Below, piece after piece: positions 63,006 to 64,000 of a DNA stretch of 64,000 bases. The notes below the pieces were generated by a model. That model saw only the letters and a program-made list of their open reading frames with translations. It made no database searches and was not told where the DNA came from. How positions within the stretch are numbered: position 1 is the first letter of the stretch; each line of letters opens with the position of its first letter. The position numbers and the translations under genes were made by a program. This DNA is from Diadema antillarum (Eukaryota). The stretch lies in NCBI RefSeq assembly GCF_040938485.1, contig NW_027271365.1, positions 1,550,001-1,614,000 on the forward strand, read 5' to 3'.

Positions 63006-63464
63006 TAATTATGTTCTGAGATTGCAATAGTGTTGGCGTACATTTTTGGTTAATATTTCGTATATTCATCATCATCAAAGTGAAATCGTGTCATCAATGT
63101 TATCACCAACATTTCTACATGCATATGTGTTTTACCTTGAATTCATGAACACTCACCCGCCTGATATTTCCCTCATCATTCAGGACTTGCTTCACACCAT
63201 CTTCAATGACTTCTGTTCCTCCATTCTAGGTATTGACAAGGACAGAAAAATTAACCTCATATTAAAAGGGGGTTGTGCTGAAGTGTTTGTGAAAACCTTA
63301 TCAGCAAATTCGCACAGAGAATATGACAGCAGAAATCTAATGTCGGTACACCACCAAACATGGAATACTACAGCCAAATAGAATATGCCAGGCTGTTTTC
63401 TACATGAAAGAAGCACACATTCGTCTACATGCACATAGGTACGTATTATAGTTAACAGTTAACA

Positions 63465-63730
63465 GTAAGAGTTAACACAGGGTGCATGGAGTTAACACAG
63501 GTGCAAGGGGTGTACAGCGGTGCAGACTGGTGTATGACGGTTCTTGTGGGTGCATACAGGGATGCACAGGGTTACAAAAAGGGGTACAGAGGGGTGACAT
63601 GTGCAAGGGGGCAAACAGGCATCTACACAGGTTCAAAGGTGTGCACAGGGGTACACAAGGGTATAAATGTGTACATAGGAGTGTGAAGGGGTACATGGGG
63701 TGCAAAGGGGTGCACACAGGAGTACAAGTG
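63465..63730. repeat. Degenerate ~10-bp minisatellite (GGGGTGCACA/GGGGTACACA-like)
   Basis: Recurrent GGGGTGCA, GGGGTACA and CACAGG words at ~10-bp spacing. Confidence 0.7.
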
Positions 63731-64000
63731 AAGTACAGATCCACAAAGTACCCTACAATGCAGGATGTGGAGCTCTGGAATGGAGTAGTGATCATATGCA
63801 ATCATAGGAAAGGACAATAGATACAGTCTCCATAGCAACAACTGAGTGACCACAGCCTTGCAATTTTAACTTGGCTACTACCATGGTAACTGAAATTCAA
63901 ATATGCTGTTTTTGCTGTGACAGTGTTAAACCAGATTTGTTTTATTCAGTCTGATTAAACAAAACCATGATACTTACTGTTCCAGTTGAAACTCTCCCAA

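Overview
AT-rich metazoan genomic DNA with three assembly gaps. Its repeat families look like those of echinoderms such as sea urchins; this is an inference. There are no prokaryotic operons, rRNA genes or CRISPR arrays. The window is mostly intronic or intergenic. Main contents: (1) a 12.66-kb piggyBac-like element (38412-51072) bounded by TTAA and matching 14-bp terminal inverted repeats (TIRs), with an intact 615-aa DDD transposase and about 10.8 kb of extra sequence showing traces of decayed coding DNA; (2) a 7.1-kb AcademH-like DNA transposon (54805-61902) with a perfect 9-bp target-site duplication (TSD), a decayed RecQ-type helicase gene and a transposase-start remnant; (3) between them, two in-phase minus-strand exons of a host gene encoding a PTB/PID domain; (4) many non-autonomous elements: Kolobok-type TTAA MITEs, TA-flanked Tc1/pogo-type MITEs, a Harbinger-type MITE, Helentron-associated HINE-like elements and tRNA-derived SINEs; (5) microsatellites and a ~150-bp tandem array. 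All family assignments come from motif recognition by eye; no database search was run.
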